Positions 49,206 to 63,575 of a DNA stretch of 64,000 bases are shown piece after piece. The DNA is taken from positions 39,184,001-39,248,000 of the forward strand of contig NC_043007.1 of the NCBI RefSeq assembly GCF_006345805.1, read 5' to 3'. The stretch is from Octopus sinensis. Taxonomy: Eukaryota. The notes below the pieces were generated by a model. The model was not told the DNA's origin, did not search any database, and worked only from the letters and a program-made list of their open reading frames with translations. Position 1 is the first letter of the stretch; the number at the start of each line of letters is the position of its first letter. The position numbers and the translations under genes were made by a program.

Positions 49206-50897
49206 GAGAATTTTAATCGGGCAGATTTTCTAAGATTGGATGCCCTTCTTGTTTCCAAGCACGGTAACATTTCTACACGACCAGGCATGTTTTTGTAAAA
49301 CACTGGAAATGAACAACACGTTTACAACAATCATGCGATGTCATGACAAGGAGACACGAGCACACACAATAGGCTTCTTTCAGTTTCCACCTAATCCACT
49401 TACAAGGCTTTGGTCAACTGAGATTATAGTAGAACTGTGAGTAGTGGTAGCATAGAAAAATTGACAAGTGTTTTTATCTTTTGTTTTTCTTTTAGTTTGC
49501 ATTGCTAATCACACGAATTAGTTGAGTTACTAGGGCATAATGTAAGATGAACTGTGGTATTTATTCTGGACCCTTTGTGTGGACCTTGAGCAAGCATCCT
49601 CTACTTATAGACCCAGAACCATCCAATATTTTCTGAGTGAATTTCATAGACAGGGAGTGTGTGGCAGCCCATTGTGTGTGTGTGTGTGTGTATGTGTGAG
49701 AGCATGCAGGTGGTGCTGGTTTGTTTACATCCCTATAACCTAGCAGTTCTGGAAAAAACAAAAAAAACAAAAAGAAAACAACCAACAGAATATGTACCAG
49801 ATTTCAGATAAATACTGGGTGGGGGTGATTCGATCAACTAAACACTTTTAATCCTTTAGCATTCAGATTTCTCTGTCAAATTTAATGCTTACTTATCCAT
49901 ACTGTTTTGAATCCAGCATATATTATCTTGTGGCTTTTAATATTTCAGTGGTGTGATTGTTTACTTTTAGAATGACATTGTATGATTGATGTGAGAGGCT
50001 GGATCTGGCCAGTTTGAACATAAAAAGGTAGGATATTTGGGCCTGATATGACCAGCTTGAATGCTAAAGGATTGAAGTGGTGCTCCAGCATGGCTGAAGT
50101 TCAATGAATCAGGTAAAAGAATAACCATCTACTTCTCTATCTATATAACGCATGCTCATAAACATCAGGATGCTGAACCTTTCATATGAGATGACAAAGG
50201 GTCGAAATGCCAGGTGCCTTACCATACTCAAGAAGACCCGTAATCCGCGACAGAAGTGTTAAGATCGATCCTTCTGGTGGTGTAAAAAACACATGGCAGT
50301 GTCATATAAAAGCACTTGTGTGGTGCCATATAAGAACACCTGTGCAGTGCCATAGAAAACATTTGTGTGGTGCCACATAAAAACACCTTTCCAGTGCCAT
50401 GTAAAAGCACCCAGCACACACTGCAAAGTGGTTGGCATTTGGAGGGGCATCCAGCTGCAGAAACCATGCCAAATCAGACTGGAGCCTGGTGCAGCTCCAC
50501 AGCTTACCAGCTCTGGTCAAAGCATCCAACCCATGCCAGCATGGACAACGGACATTAAATGATGATGATGATATATAATTAAAACTATGATGAACAGTGG
50601 TTATATATAAAATGTATAATTAATACACACGCATTATCTATCTACAGATAGTCAGAGAGATATACTTTAGCCTGTTTCAGTTACTGGACTTTTTCAAGGT
50701 GGTGCTCCACACTGGGGTACTACTTTAAAAGTGTTCATTGATCAAATCAACTCCAGTATCTATTTGAAAGATGGTACTTTTTCTGTTGGTTCTTATATAT
50801 ATATATATATATATATATATAACTCATATCCATAATCTTGTCATTAACCCCTCTCTCTCTCTATGTATATATATGTATATATATAGGTGTATATATG

Positions 50898-50958
<61 letters not shown>

Positions 50959-51994
50959 TTGTGTGTGTGTGTGTGTGTGTGTAAATATATATATAATCAT
51001 ACCCATAGAAGTGTCATTAACCTACTCTCTCTCTGTTTATACACACACACATACATACAATGCAGTTCATTCAACTGTGAAATGAATCTCATCTCTTGTA
51101 TTCGTCACCACCACCACCACCACCACCATTGTCAACAATGACAAACCATCTGTGCCCAACACACTTAAGACATTAGACAGATTTGCTTTTTGGGGGAAGA
51201 GTTTGCTGTTTTCTGTTGTACACTTAACAGCCAGACAAACAAACAAACACAGACAGACAGACAGATGGTAGACAAATGACTATCTCTCATCACTATTGCT
51301 ATCATCTCCAAACGTTTTGGGCTTTCTACTGTCTGTTGCTGTTGTTGTTGTTCAGAGACACCTTTAACTGTTTAACCTGCCCTCCTCCCTACCATCTTGT
51401 CCATCAGTAGAAAACCACACTCAACATCTCCAATACTTTTTTTGTTGCCACCACCACCACCAGTTATATGATCCAATAAAGGGGTCTTTTACATGGTTGC
51501 TTGACTGCTAGAAACAGCAACCACATTTCCCTGAAATCACATTCTACTGTTTTAATCTACTAGCATTCAGATTACTCTGTCAAATATAATGCATATTTAT
51601 TCACATTGGTTTAAATTAATCATGCATTGTTTTTCCACAAAATTGTAAAGGTTTGTTTTATGTAAGAACATGCCTTATATACTGGCAAATACAGTAAAGA
51701 TTTCGGATCTTTACCTTTTGACTTACAGATTTAAAAAATAGTTTTTTGTAACTAAACACTTTCAAACTTTGGACACTGGTAGAATGTGTCATATAAAACA
51801 TCTTTTACACTTAGCATCTTGAGAAACAGACAAAATACTGCTAAGTATTTCACCCAGCGTACTAATGATCCTTTATTGTTATAATGATAATAACAGAAGT
51901 GGACCTTGGTGACATTTGAACTCAGAATGCTGCTGAGCATTTTACTCAACATGCTAACAATTCTGCCAGCTCGCAGCCTTAATAGTAATACATC

Positions 51995-52480
51995 CATTGT
52001 TACCAACATACATCATCTCGAAAGAGTCCAGAAGCTGGCTACCCGCATGGTTCTTGGTCTCAAGCATTTGTCTTATGAAGAAAGGCTGAAGACGTGCGAC
52101 CTTTATTCTCTAGAAAACTGACACCGCCGTGGTGATCTCATTCTTGCTCACAACATCATAAGCGGAAAGTGTAACCTCTCGAAAGAGCTGTTCTTCACTC
52201 CTGCTCCAGAGCATCGGCTGCGGGGTCACTCTGAAAAGCTCTATCTGCGACGATTTCATCTCAGTCGAAGGAGAGGGGCTTTCTCCGTCTGGGTTGCGGA
52301 TCCGTGGAATAAGCTGCCGGACAAGATAGTGAAGATGCCGACGACCGCTCGGTTCAGAGTCTCTCTTGACCAGAAATGGCCTGAACTCTTTGCATGACCA
52401 CCCTCCCTGTACATAACTCCTTTACCCGCTACATGGCCTTGCTTTTTGCTTTTTGAGCCAAAAACTTAACTTAACTTAAC
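51995..52480 (+). mobile_element. CR1-clade LINE 3' end
   Basis: HLERVQKLATRMVLGLKHLSYEERLK...RGDLI...RGHSEKL...WNKLPD, followed by a (TTAAC)n tail. Confidence 0.85.
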
Positions 52481-54074
52481 ATCCAGCTTCCATATGGACA
52501 TGAGTTGGGCAGGTTGTTAGAGTACAAGTTTTAACTGATTCTTAGTTACCACTCTCCAAGATGAGTTGGAGGAGTTGGTCTTGTTTATTTCATATTGTGT
52601 TTTGGTTTCTGCAGTCAGGAAATGCCCTTCCCACTATCAATCACTTTACAAGAGTGGATGCATGTTATTGTGACACTAGTAGTACTACGTACGTACGTGC
52701 GTGCGTGCGTGGTGTGTGTGTGTGTGTGTGATGCGATAAGAGACAAGTAGCAACATCTTGGTAGTTAGTCTTAAACAGTTGTCAGTTGAGCACAGTATTC
52801 TTGCTAGACTTCAGCCTTCAACACCAGACCTATGACAGATGTCTATGGAGACTGGTGAGGGTAGGAATGGAGAAAGGAAGGACGTAGTAGGTTGAGAGGA
52901 ATGGAGGTGAGAGACAGAGTGGTAGAGTAAATGAGTGTATTGTAAGATTGAGAGAGCAGACTGTCTGTACACTGAGTGAAAGAGAGAATGTGCTAGAGAG
53001 GGGATGCTAGAGAGAGAAAAAGGGAATGCTAGAGGGAGGGAGAGAGAGAGGGGGAGAGAGAGAGAGAGAGAGAGGATGCTAGAGCAGGGTTGGCCAACCT
53101 GAGGCCTGACGGTCACATGTGGCCTGCTTGAAATGGGTTTATTTAAATAAACATTTAAAAATTTTTTATCAAAAATTAAAGATTGTAATGAAAGTAAAAA
53201 AGAAAGATATTACTGTTTTTGCAACGGGCACGTAAAAAGCACCCACTACACTCACGGAGTGGTTGGCGTTAGGAAGGGCATCCAGCTGTAGAAACACCGC
53301 CAGATCAGACTGGGCCTGGCGCAGCCTTCTGGCTTCCCAGACCCTAGTTGAACCGTCCAACCCACGCTAGCATGGAAAACGGACGTTAAACTATGATGAT
53401 GATGATGATGATGAATATTTCATGTCGAATCAACGATCATTCAATCATTATTGTAATAATAGCATGAGAAAACGAAATGCTTTCAACTCTGTCAGTATAC
53501 AAGCGGCCCTCAAACTTTCAGTGATTGAAGTGCCCCCCTCCCCCCGCAATGTAATTTGAGTTGACCACGCATGAGAGAGGGAGAGGAAGGATGGAGAGGG
53601 AGAGGAAGGATGGAGAGGGAGAACAAGGAGGGAGAGTGAGAGAGAGAAAAAGAGAGATAGATAGAGAACAAAAAGTGAGTTGAGAGAGTAGGAGAATAAA
53701 GATGAGTAGGAGGGAGGGCGAAAGACAAACAGACAAAGTAATTGCTTTTGTTTATAATTGAATTAATTTTGAAAATGAAGAAGAATTTAGTAAAATAACC
53801 GTCATTGTTAAACTGATGTTTGGATCATAAATTAACAGGAAGTTTGTATCACAAGACCAAGGACCATGTCAGGTGGTTTGGTATCAAAAGGGTTAAATAC
53901 ACTCAATCTTACATTTACTCTTTCCCCTCATTCACCTCTTCTCCCCACCCACCCACCCCGACTTCTCTCATATATAATGTATCACTCCCTTATTCAGTTC
54001 TTGTTGCTTTAAATCACTCTGAATCCTTACATCTATTCTTTTTCTCACCATCCAGTCACCTACTTTTGTCTCAA

Positions 54075-54110
<36 letters not shown>

Positions 54111-55739
54111 ACATCTATAGGGTGTGAGGGAGGGAAAAAAACCATGACTCAACCAAATCACACACACACACATATAGCGTGTATGTGTGTGTGTGAGTTA
54201 CAAAAAAACCTGGTTATAATCCAGTTTTAACATTTAATAAAGGATTTTTTCATATTTATTCCAATCACACTATTTGGAACAATAAATGGTCACAGTCGAC
54301 AGACCATGGTCATTTATTGTTCCACAGACCACATCATATTATCTGGATGAAATGTCTGTAGTGGTGGCCATTGTTGTTTTTGTTCTTTTCTTTTTTCTTT
54401 TTAATAATGTTAGATGAGAAACACGAGAGCGAATCCATTACCAACGCCACCATGATTGTCTGTCTTTCTTTCCGTGATTCTCATTTGTTATCAACATTAA
54501 TGGCACCTTAGAAAATGCATTGGTCTCAACAGAACATAAGAAACTAATAATGAAAAATTGGAAAGTCCTTGATAAAGAAGTTGAAACTGCAACACACAGT
54601 TATATTTGCAATAACTCTGGTTTACAAAAGGAAGCTAACTCCCCAAATATACAATAATGATTATTATTATTGTTATTTGAAGTGGCGAGCTGGCAGAATC
54701 GTTAGCACACTGGGCAAAATGCTTAGCGGTATTTCGTCCATCACTATGTTCTGAGTTCAAATTCTGCCAAGGTTGACTTTGCCTTTCATCCTTTTGGGCA
54801 CTGCAATCAATGTAATTGACTTGCCCCCTCCTCCCAAATTTTAGGTCTTGTACCTAGGGTAGAATGAAGGTGGTGAGCTGGTAGAATTGTTAGCACACCA
54901 GGCAAAATGCTTAGTGGTATTTCGTCCACTTTGATGTTCTGAGTTCAAATTCTGCCTTTCATCCTTTCAGGCTCAATAAATTAAGTATCAGTGAAACACT
55001 GGGATTGATGTAATCAACTAGTTCCCCTACCCCACAAAAAGAATTTCAGGGCTTGTGCCTTTAGTAGAAAGAATTATTATTATTATTATTAAGGTGGCAA
55101 GCTGGCAGAGCTGTTAGCATGCCAGACAAAATGCTTAACAGCATTTCATATGTCTTTATGATCTGAATTCAAATTCTGCTGGGGGTCAACATTGCCTTTC
55201 ATCGTTTCAGATTGAGCACTAGGGTCGATGTAATTAACTGGCCCTCTTTCCCCAAGATTTCAGGCTTTGTGCCAAAATTTGAAACCATTATATATATATA
55301 TACACACATCTACACATACATACACATGAACAAAATCATAGAAGTGTAAACATATTTGTGTAGTTAAGAAGTTTTCTTCACTTTGGTGTGGCATCATCTT
55401 CAGTCCTACTGTATGACCCTTTGAGCAAAACAAGTATCTTCTATTGCTCCAGTCCAACCAAATACCTTGTGAATGAATTTTGTAGATGGAAACTGAATAA
55501 AGCCCAACATGTGTATATATGTATGTGTTTGTGTGTAGAGACAGTAGCCTCTCAACTGTCCTACACATGCATGCATGCATGAAAGACGGACGTTAAATGA
55601 TGGTGATGATATATACATACACAGGCCTGACACAGTCTTCTGGGTTACTAACTCCTGTTGCGGAGTCCAACCCATGCCAACATGGAAGACAGATGTCACA
55701 TGATGGTGATGTGTGTGTAAGTGTATAGACAGATATATA

Positions 55740-55798
55740 CTGGGTCATCCCATAAAAGAAGTATAAAAAAAAACCGCATTATTTATGGGATGACCCAA
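55740..55798. mobile_element. Minimal 59-bp Tc1/mariner MITE
   Basis: TA|CTGGGTCATCCCATAAA ... TTTATGGGATGACCCAA|TA. Confidence 0.7.
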
Positions 55799-57264
55799 TA
55801 TATGTACATGCAGGCACATGTCTGTATGAATGTTCACATTCAGTAATCATATGAGATTCAGTTGCTGTCCTTTTCCTACCAACAAACTGTCTGGGGGTCC
55901 TGCACTTTCAAAGATGTGTGGAGCTGTAAAAAAAATTAGTCAAAGGTTGCCAACAGGAAGGACATCCAATTGTAAAACATCACATGAACAATTTGTATTC
56001 ATCTAACTCATACTGGTATGGCAAAATAGATGTAAAACAAGAACAAATGAATGAATGCAATAAAAAAATAGTTCACATAAAATCCGAACCCAATGATTTT
56101 ACAATAAAATCAACAGAGCTGCAAGTAAATCAAGATCAGATACAAGAAAAGGACAGAATGCAAGTGAGTGTCCGGCCTTCATCCCAACCTCACAGAAGCA
56201 TTTAGAATACAAAGTAAAGGTGGGAAACAATATCACTTCAACTGTTACTTACATAGTAAAGCACTTGAATGGAACGGTCTTGTGTGCCTGCACTTGTAAC
56301 AAAGGTCATTAGAGTATTTCTTGTATCTGGAAAAAAGATGACAGAGAAAGTGAGTGATTCAGTGAGAGATAGAGAAAACAATGACCACAAAAAAAAAAAA
56401 GCAATATTATTAATTAACTCTTAAGATTTAATGCTGATTGCATTAGATATTTGTAATCAACCACATCACCCCACTATGTTCCATTCACTGCCTCCATCTC
56501 TAACCATCTGCCACTCTCTTCTCACATTAATGAATTTATTCATTCACCCTTGCCCATCCTTGGTCAATATTTCCTCATATATTCACCATTTTGTATCTTG
56601 AGTTTATGTCACGAAACCCTCACCACCATCTGTGTTTTCTTTCCAGTTACTCCCACCCACCCTTATTATAATGCAGCCATGTATCTCCTCTGTATCAAGA
56701 CACCTGTGCTTGTCCCTCTCTTATAACTTAGTCGCTCATCACCTGACATAAAGCTATGCCCCTCTCTACTAGAGTAAAGGGTAAAGACCTGCTTCAGACA
56801 TGAATGGCCATAGGATTGCACCTAGAAAGTTAGCCTCCAAGGTACAAGTCTGGGCAAGGTTACTTATGGAATCAATTTATCCCCTCTCCTGAAATTGCTG
56901 GCCTGGTGCCAAAATTTGAAATGAATATTATTATTATTATTGTTATTGATCCTGGAAAAATGAAAGGCAAAATCATCAGACGAGGTTTGAACTAAAGCCA
57001 TAAATTATGTCTAATACAAAGATCAATTTAATCATCTGCCTGACCATGCTGAGCCTATCAATCATAGAGAGACGAGAGATAAAACAGTAATTTAAATTAG
57101 ACTCAGTTTCATCTTGTCTTCTCTGACCAACACTCTTGGTCACCTCACAAACAATAATTTCTACTAGAGTCTGAACTTGTGACTATGTCACTGACCAACA
57201 ACAATCATAGTTTCTGCACAACAATAAATATTACTATATAGTCCAGTGATGTAACTGACTATAT

Positions 57265-57842
57265 CTGACCAACTGACCAATACTCTCAGTAACCTCACAA
57301 CAACAATTATTACTATACAGTCTGATCTTGTGACTGTCCTTGACTAACTGACCAATACTCTCAGTAACCTCACAACAACAATTATTACTATACAGTCTGA
57401 TCTTGTGACGGTCCTTGACCAACTGACCAATACTCTCAGTAACCTCACATCAACAATTATTACTATACAGTCTGATCTTGTGACGGTCCTTGACCAACTG
57501 ACCAATACTCTCAGTAACTTCACATCAATTATTACTATACAGTTCAATCTTGTGACTGTTCTTGACCAACTGACCACTATTATAAGCAACTTCACAACAA
57601 CAATTATTAATATACAGCCTGATCTTGTGACTGTCCTAGACCAACTGACCAATACTCTCAGTAACATCACAACAATTATTAATTTACAGTTTGATCTTGT
57701 GACAATTCTTGACCAAATGACCAATATTATAAACAACATCACAACAACAATTATTACTATACAGTCTGATCTTGTGACTCTATCCTAGACCAACTGACCA
57801 ACACTCTCAGTCTCCTCACAACAACTCTACTACTATACAGTC
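57265..57842 (+). repeat. 75/72-bp minisatellite, about 8 units
   Basis: Unit ctgatcttgtgactgtccttgaccaactgaccaatactctcagtaacctcacaacaacaattattactatacagt. Confidence 0.95.
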
Positions 57843-58855
57843 CAATAAGTCCTAACCAGTTCCTCAGAATATCTCACACAAGCAACAAGATATGAGATAG
57901 AGAAGGATTATTTGTTTGTAAGCAAGTGGCCCTGCTTGGGAAGATTTATTAATTGTTTATGCATTAAATAACAAACAGTATTTTATACATGAATTAATTC
58001 TTTATTTCTTTATTGCCCACAAGGGACTAAACATAGAGGGGACAAACAAAGACAAAGGGGTTAAGTCGAAAACATTGACCCCAGTGCATAACTGGTACTT
58101 AATTTATCGACCCCAAAAGGATGAAAGGCAAAGTCGACCTTGGCAGACGAAATACCGCTAAGCATTTCGCCCGGTGTGCTAACGATTCTGCCAGCTCGCC
58201 ACCTTACATGAATTAATTTCTGAGCTGCACAACAATAAATGACATCAAACATTTGGAGCACCAATATTCTTTTCTACTCTAGGCACAAGGCCTGAAATTT
58301 TGGGCGGAGGAGGCCAATCAATTAGATTGATCCCAGCACACAACTGGGACTTAATTTATCGACCCTGAAAGGATAAAAGGCAAAGTTGACCTTGGTGGAA
58401 TTTGAACTCAGAATGTAAAGACAAATGAAATTTGGAGTACCAATATTACAGAGAAATGGGGGCAAAAAGCTTGCTGACAGGACTTGGATCTTATCCTGCT
58501 CCAAATTATAGAATGACCACGTTAATGATGACATAGAAAAGCACATGCTGCATTCTCTCTTTTTAAATTACATACTTAAATCCATTTTTTTAAATATATT
58601 TTTATCACCAGAAATTAATTGAGAATTTATAAATGTATCATTTATAGATATTATCAGTCTCCTCAGTTTACACTGAATGGAACATCACTCAACATATTCC
58701 ATTTCATTACATACACACATACACTAAGTAAACTATGGTATCACAGGCACAATAAAGTGTCTGACACCATAGCAATAGAAAAGATGTCCCATGTGTGAGA
58801 ACTAAAGCATGGGTGCTTATCTACATGGAACTGGCATGGTGCTTTTTGTGCAGTA

Positions 58856-59961
58856 CCTTTGCTGTCCTGTGTCCGTATGCATTCATTCGTCCTTCTTCCA
58901 GGAAATCTACGCTCCCGCTTAGTTTTTCTAATGCTCGTTGCTTAGTTTTTCTTGAGGGCGGCCGTGATCTAGTAATCTCAAGATTAATCAGCCGAAATTA
59001 CTACGATGATCCGTTCTTGACTGAAGACTGAGGGTTTCGAATGTCTTGTCCGTGTTTATTGTATCGTCTTCTAAGAGTTATACGTCTTGTCCATGTTGTA
59101 ATTTTCTACATACCTTAACATATATTCCAGGCGCCACGTACCCTCTTAACATTAATGTGAGCACATATTCTTAATAACTGGTACGACTCTTTGTTTGTCT
59201 CTCTCTCTCTCTCTCTCACTTTTACTTGATCTGTCCCCTTCTCTCTCTACTCATCCTCTTTTTCTCTTCTCTTTCCTCTGATTCTTTGGTCTAATCTTCC
59301 ACTACCCTCCTATTTCTTTGTCTCGCTCTGCACTCACAGGTCGCTCTTCGACACCCATCCCTTCTCCTCTCTGATTCCTTCTTTCTCTCTCTTCTCGCTC
59401 TTTGTCGCGTTTGTCCCTCCTCTCTCTCTCCTCTCTCTCTCTCTCTTCCGTTGCTTCTCTTTCTTTTCTTCTCTCTCTTCTCTGTCACGTGACTGCTGGC
59501 CGAAATCTGCCTTTCAGCTTCTGACCAGCGTCGTGTTAACATCGTTGTTTTTCGTCCGCCGCTATAGGCATCGCCGATAAGGCTCCTTTCCTTGCGCCAG
59601 AGAAAAAATTTGTTTGCTTGTTATCAGTCGTAAGACACTTGTTGTTGTTTTCACCGTTAATGCTTCTGTATTCCATTGTTTTTTTATATTCGTCCCTTTT
59701 GCTGTCCTGGTGTCCGTATGCATTCGATCCTTCTTCCAGGAAATCTACGCTCCCAGCTTAGTTTTTCTAATGCTCGTTGCTTAGTTTTTCTTGGAGGGCT
59801 GGCCGTGATCTAGTAATCTCAAGATTAATCAGCCGAAATTACTACGATGATCCGGTTCTTGACTGAAGACTGAGGGTTTCGAATGTCTTATCCGTGTTTA
59901 TTGTATCGTCTTCTAAGAGTTATACGTTCTTGTCCATGTTGTAATTTTCTACATACCTTAA
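58856..59961 (+). mobile_element. Non-coding element bounded by ~265-bp direct repeats (58856-59118 and 59695-59961)
   Basis: Near-identical direct repeats flanking a ~575-bp CpG-containing, (CT)-rich, ORF-less core. Confidence 0.65.
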
Positions 59962-59964
59962 TAT

Positions 59965-60002
<38 letters not shown>

Positions 60003-61155
60003 CAAATTGAGATAGGGGTTGTAAATGCAACCCTCATGACGAACCAAGCTATCAGATGTTGCTACACATCGCTGGTCACAACGCACTTTGCATCGTTTTA
60101 GCCTTCGAAAGACGCCACCCCGCTGGCTAAGCGAGCAGGCCGACAGAAGAAAGAGTGAGAGAAAGTTGTGGCGAAAGAGTACAGCAGGGATCACCACCAC
60201 CTCCTACCTGAGCCTCGTGGAGCTTTAGGTGTTTTCGCTCAACAAACACAACGCCCGGTCTGGGAATCAAAACCGTGATCCTATGACCATGAGTCCGCTG
60301 CCCTAACCACTGGGCCATTGTGCCTCCACACACACATATATATATTTGATGGATTCTCTCATCATGAACAACAAATAAGGGTTCAGTAAAATAAAGTGGT
60401 AATCATGTTCTATAGAGAAGAATGTGTCCCTTGGGGCCTGCTGGTGCCTTGCAAACCTTTTGGCGAATGGAACAAGTTGAAGACAGTTTGCTTGAGTGCT
60501 TGTGGATCATTTACTATTATATGTACACACACACGCACAATGGGTTTCTTTCAGTTTCCATCTACCAAATCCACTCACATGGCCCAGAGCAATAATAGAA
60601 AACATATGCTCAAGGTGCTACACACTGGGACTGAACCTGAAACCATGTGGTTGGGAAACAAACTTCTTACCACACAACCACACCTGCATAATGGAATTAA
60701 AGAAATGAAACCAGAGATAAAAAAAAAAAACCCACCCTTGGCATTAGCAAAACCTGAATTGGGGAAATTAAATGAAATGAAACTGTGCTGTAGTGTCTCG
60801 TTATGAGCGTCTTACCTCTTGATCAACTGATGCTTGTATCATTGAAATCAATCAAAACATTAACGAAAGTAAATTGACTTCCTGATCCATTATTTCATCA
60901 AAAGAGCGAAAAAACAAAAAGACAGGGAGAAGAGAGAGAGGGGGGGGGGGGGGATAATTTTTTCTTTTTCTTTTTTAAATATAAACAAAATCAAAAACTA
61001 AACAACCAATGAACACAATTCTGGAAGATGAAGAGGAGTGAAGAGGAGTCTCTGTATTTGTGAATTGTATTATTCTCATGTATTGGATCATCTCCTTCTT
61101 AAACAAAGGAGTAAAACAAACATTTACTCAGCTGAAACGCACACACACACATATA

Positions 61156-61198
<43 letters not shown>

Positions 61199-61877
61199 TT
61201 CATATATACACATGCACACATTTCTGATGTGTGTTTACAATTACTTGAAAAAAAAAAAGAAGGAAAAGAGAGGGAATGGGGATAAAGAAAAGAAAAGAAA
61301 GAAAAAAGCCTGGTTCTTTTAAAAACAGAGGAAACAAGTTCAATTCAAAGATTTGGCTTCAATTATTTTTCAATTTTTTTCCCTCGTTTTATCGTGTTAA
61401 ATTGTGGGAGGTGCTTACAAAATTGCATTTGGGGGGGAAAAAAATAAAAAATAAAACGGAAATAATATTTTTTTTTTCTTTTCACTAAAATAAACATGAC
61501 AACAATAAACACTAAAGCATTATCAACATCATCATCACCAGCAGCAGCAACAACAAGATCAAGATAAGGGTCGCCTTTTGCTTTTTCTTTTCTTTCTTTC
61601 TTTTTTTTTTTGCGAGTTATCGTTATGACTATCAATTTAGTCTTTAGAGCCTTCGAGGTTTTTACCAATTCCACAGTTCCACAGACCATGCATGAGTACT
61701 CCTCCCCTCATTCCCACATGACAGGATGGATGGAATGAAGTAATAGATTTGGGGTTTTTTTTTGTTTTACTTTTTGTTTCTTTGCCGTTGTATTTACTTT
61801 GTCATCAGTGAAAATTTGTCATGTGAATTTCATATTTTTATGTATATACATATATTGCATGCATATAAGTGCGTGTG

Positions 61878-61914
<37 letters not shown>

Positions 61915-63399
61915 TTATAGATGCCGTGAAATACATATATTTCAAACAACACGATGCTAACATATTTTGCTTTGTTTTCTTTCATTTCACCCCCGTTTTA
62001 TGACTCCCTCCTCTTCCTCTTATACAATTCAACTTTAAACTGTTATTTTTTTTATTACATAAACAAATACATAAATAAAAAGAAAAATGAATAAACCAAA
62101 AAAAAAGGAAAAAAAAATTTTTTTTTTTTAAAAACAGGGAAAAGAAAGAAAAAATGGAGAAGGAAAAAAAAATTTTGTTTTAAAAAAAATAGGAAGGGAA
62201 AAAAAAAATTCAAAATGAAAGGAAAGGATTTGATCTCATCAAAAAGATTTCCACCAAATGAAACTCATCAGCGCCACACACCTACCCAGCCACTCGTCTC
62301 CATCTCCACCATCACCATCATGTCTCAGAAACTGCATCTCAATCCTTCACTCCATGCCGCACAAAACACACCTCGCTACTGTAACTCTTCACTGCTGCTT
62401 CACACCCAACCCTTCACAGACGCACGCACGCACATATAAAGGCTCTCATCTTGCATTAAACCGAAAAATGTGGTCTGGTCTGGGCTGGTCTGAGTTGGGC
62501 TAGGCTGGGCTGGGCTGGGCTGGGGCTTAAGCTGGTTCTGGTTTCGGTATCTCCTCTTCCTTGAAATAACTTCCGACACCAATCGATATTTTAAAACCAA
62601 TTTGTAGATATTTGTTTCAATAATCTTAGAAAGATTTTCTTCATTTTCTCAGTTTTTTTAAAAATATATTTACTTTATTTTTATTTACTATATTTATTAA
62701 AAAGAAAATCTATTTATCATCATCACCATTATTATTATTATCATTAATAATAATAATGATAATAATAATAGTAATTATTATTATTATTACAATTATTACC
62801 ATCATCATCATCATCATTATTATTATTATTATCATTATTATTATTACCATTATCTTCAATTCCTTGCATCCACAAAGCAATGTGTTTTAATTATTTATTT
62901 TGCATAATTCTCTTTTCTTATTTTTCAAAATTTTTTTATTCATTTTTATTTATTTTCCAATTCTGCAAAAAGAAAACATATTTATTATGTAAATTGATGT
63001 TTTTTTGTGTCTATTTTTTTTTCTTGCAGTTAGATTTTGCTTTTCCTTTCTGGAAGTTAAAAAAAAAAGAATAGAAAAAGAGGAAAAAAAAAAGGAATAT
63101 TGGCCCCGTATCCATAGCTAGCGGATGGGGCTGGATCAGACAAACCCATTATTCACTCACCCTACCTCCAATCACCTACCACCGTGGCTTTTAGAGATGG
63201 CCATAGCAATAGCAATGGTGTATTTGTGAGTGTGTGGGATGTGTGTGTGTGTGTGAGTGTACATAGCAGGAGAGAAAGAAAGTAAGCAATAACTTAGAGT
63301 AAGATGATAATAATCGTAATAATACTAATGATAATAATAATTGCTATTATTGCTGCAAGGACTACGGATGTGAGGGCATTACGTTGACAATATTGATCA

Positions 63400-63440
63400 T
63401 CAGTATGATGATGACAATAATAATAATAATAATAAAAATA

Positions 63441-63475
<35 letters not shown>

Positions 63476-63575
63476 GATGATAATGATAATAATAATAATA
63501 ATAATAATGATGATAATAATAATAATAATAATAATGATAATAATAATAATAATAATAATAATGATAATAATAAAC
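63400..63575. repeat. (AAT/GAT)n array
   Basis: Direct inspection; the source of the poly-I ORFs. Confidence 0.97.

Noticed and set aside
59862-59890. CTGAAGA...GAA as a type I hammerhead in the direct repeat
   Set aside because: Stem II cannot pair (C opposite C), position 15.1 is U, and there is no stem I partner; kept only as a weak hint.
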